Source of the DNA: a virus
Length of the DNA: 14,707 nt
Reading direction: 5' to 3' (one strand)
Virus record (IMG/VR): IMGVR_UViG_3300009470_000034
A program made the translations under genes and the position numbers. The notes under the pieces are model-generated. The model worked only from the letters and a program-made list of their open reading frames with translations, was not told where the DNA came from and did not search any database. Below, in pieces: positions 13,268-14,707 of this stretch. The number at the start of each line of letters is the position of its first letter. The first letter of the stretch is position 1.

Positions 13268-14707
13268 GGGCGGACAGGGCTCGACACGGGCTCTCAGGGT
13301 CGTATCAGAGACGGGCATAGACGAACAGGGATTACTCCCGTCTAAATCTCCGCTTATTGGCTCAGTTACGCCTAGAATCCATTCTAAGCTCAATGATCTG
13401 CCATCTAAGGGCTCGGAGATCATAGAATTCGCGACTCGCATCGGGCTCGACTTGATGCCGTGGCAAAGATTCGCGCTAGAGGCGGCTCATAAAGTTAAGC
13501 CGGATCAAAGGTGGGCTCATCCGGAGATAACGATCGTGGGAGCCAGACAGAATGGGAAATCCACGCTTTTGGTTATCCGGGCGCTGGCCGGACTTTTCCT
13601 GTGGAATGAACCGCTTCAGATTGCTAGTGCTCACAGACTCTCGACATCGCTGGAGCTCTTTAGGCAGATTGTTAAAATAATCGAGACCAATGATGAGCTC
13701 AAAGAGCAAGTTCAAGTTATTCGCTGGGCTCACGGATCCGAGGAGATAGTTACAAAAGCTGGCAATCGCTACATGATCAAGGCATCCAACTCGGCGGCGC
13801 GTGGAATTTCCCGGCCAGAGGTGGTCTATATGGATGAGCTCTCCGAGATGCGCGATCTAGACGGGTTCGCCTCTTTGCGCTATACGATGATGGCTTCTCG
13901 AAATCCGCAAGTATGGACATTTTCCACGGCTGGCGACCAGACTTCGGTAGTCTTGAATCAACTCCGGGAGCGAGGCTTAGCGGCGATGGTAGGCGGCGGC
14001 ACAGACCCTATCTGCTATCTTGAATGGTCTGGCGCGACTGATGATATTTATAATCAAGACAACTGGGTCGCAAGTAATCCGGCTCTAGGCCACACGATCC
14101 ATGAGGATAATATCCGGAGCATCCTAAATGATCCGCCGCATGTGGTACAGCAGGAAGTCTTATGTAGATGGATCCACCAAAAAGACGCTGTGATCCCGTC
14201 GGTTCAATGGGCGGAATGTGGGCAGGATGGAATCGAGCTAGATCCCGAGAGGCTGACTTGGTTCGGCCTAGATCTCTCGCCAGATCGCCGGGCTGGAGCC
14301 CTTTGCGCGGCTCAGAGAATCGATGGCGATAATTTCGTGATTAAACTTCTTAGAACATGGGAGAATTCAGTCTCACTCAATGACCTAGCGATGGCCAACG
14401 ACATCGCCGATCATTATCGGAAATACAATGTCCAAGTCATCGCCTATTCAAAGCGAACCGCTACATCGGTGGCCGGGCGCTTGGTTCCAGCCGGGATTCC
14501 CATAATGGACTTTGACGGCCATAATTACGCCACCGCCTGCGATCAGCTTCTCTCAGCCGTTACATCCAAGAGGCTACGCCACGGAAATAATGATGAGCTA
14601 ACTAAACAGATCCTCTCAGCCGTTCGCCTGCCTATGGGCGATGGTGGCTGGATTATAGGACGGCGCGCGTCTCAGACCACAGTCTGTGCGGCTGTGGCCA
14701 CCGCCTT
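13260..14707 (+). CDS. terL: terminase large subunit (runs off the window end; continues at 100..154; 500 aa in total on the circle)
   Basis: I translated this frame codon by codon and found no stop from ATG 13260 to 14707. Walker A is IVGARQNGKST, Walker B is VVYMDE, and the nuclease half includes WFGLDLSPD. The ORF is missing from the supplied track because it has no stop within the window. Confidence 0.9.
   Translation, partial: MTKGGQGSTRALRVVSETGIDEQGLLPSKSPLIGSVTPRIHSKLNDLPSKGSEIIEFATRIGLDLMPWQRFALEAAHKVKPDQRWAHPEITIVGARQNGKSTLLVIRALAGLFLWNEPLQIASAHRLSTSLELFRQIVKIIETNDELKEQVQVIRWAHGSEEIVTKAGNRYMIKASNSAARGISRPEVVYMDELSEMRDLDGFASLRYTMMASRNPQVWTFSTAGDQTSVVLNQLRERGLAAMVGGGTDPICYLEWSGATDDIYNQDNWVASNPALGHTIHEDNIRSILNDPPHVVQQEVLCRWIHQKDAVIPSVQWAECGQDGIELDPERLTWFGLDLSPDRRAGALCAAQRIDGDNFVIKLLRTWENSVSLNDLAMANDIADHYRKYNVQVIAYSKRTATSVAGRLVPAGIPIMDFDGHNYATACDQLLSAVTSKRLRHGNNDELTKQILSAVRLPMGDGGWIIGRRASQTTVCAAVATA
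14609..14707. repeat. 99-nt terminal overlap, identical to 1..99
   Basis: Direct comparison with 1..99. It lies inside terL. Confidence 0.9.

Noticed and set aside
1-14707. A phage satellite or PICI-like element, or a temperate prophage fragment, as the explanation for the small size
   Set aside because: The element encodes its own terminase, portal, capsid, complete tail and lysis genes. It has no integrase, repressor, att-like repeats or flanking host genes.

Overview
The window is a complete, circularly closed genome of a very small tailed dsDNA phage. The first 99 nt are identical to the last 99 nt, leaving 14,608 bp of unique sequence. All credible genes are on the + strand and are tightly packed, with many ATGA or TAATG stop/start overlaps. 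GC is roughly 50% by eye.

Gene order is siphovirus-like. It runs: large terminase, portal, prohead protease fused to an HK97-like major capsid protein, head-tail adaptor, neck or tail-terminator-like protein, small major tail protein, tail assembly chaperone with a canonical -1 frameshift site, an HK97 gp10-like protein, tape measure, one minor tail protein, a tail fibre, a 7-bladed beta-propeller protein, and a low-GC orphan. These are followed by a CHAP endolysin, a holin and two small membrane proteins. Next comes a ~1.5 kb early module of Zn-ribbon proteins and one nuclease-like protein. Two perfect DnaA boxes, a secreted SLT/Apf-like wall hydrolase and an HNH endonuclease overlapping terL complete the circle.

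The terminase ORF crosses the window junction and is absent from the ORF track because it has no stop inside the window.

I see no tRNA, rRNA, CRISPR, integrase, repressor, DNA polymerase, primase or helicase.

The points most worth follow-up:
- the minimal, replication-gene-free genome paired with an origin-like DnaA-box cluster
- the strictly 138-bp-periodic propeller gene in the receptor-binding position
- roughly two-fold GATC enrichment genome-wide, with a ~950 bp GATC-free stretch over the fibre/propeller module
- an HNH gene whose conserved N-terminus has no in-frame start codon
- a motif shared by the two longest intergenic spacers

An actinobacterial host is suggested by protein features only and is an inference. 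All family assignments come from reading motifs by eye, not from searches.
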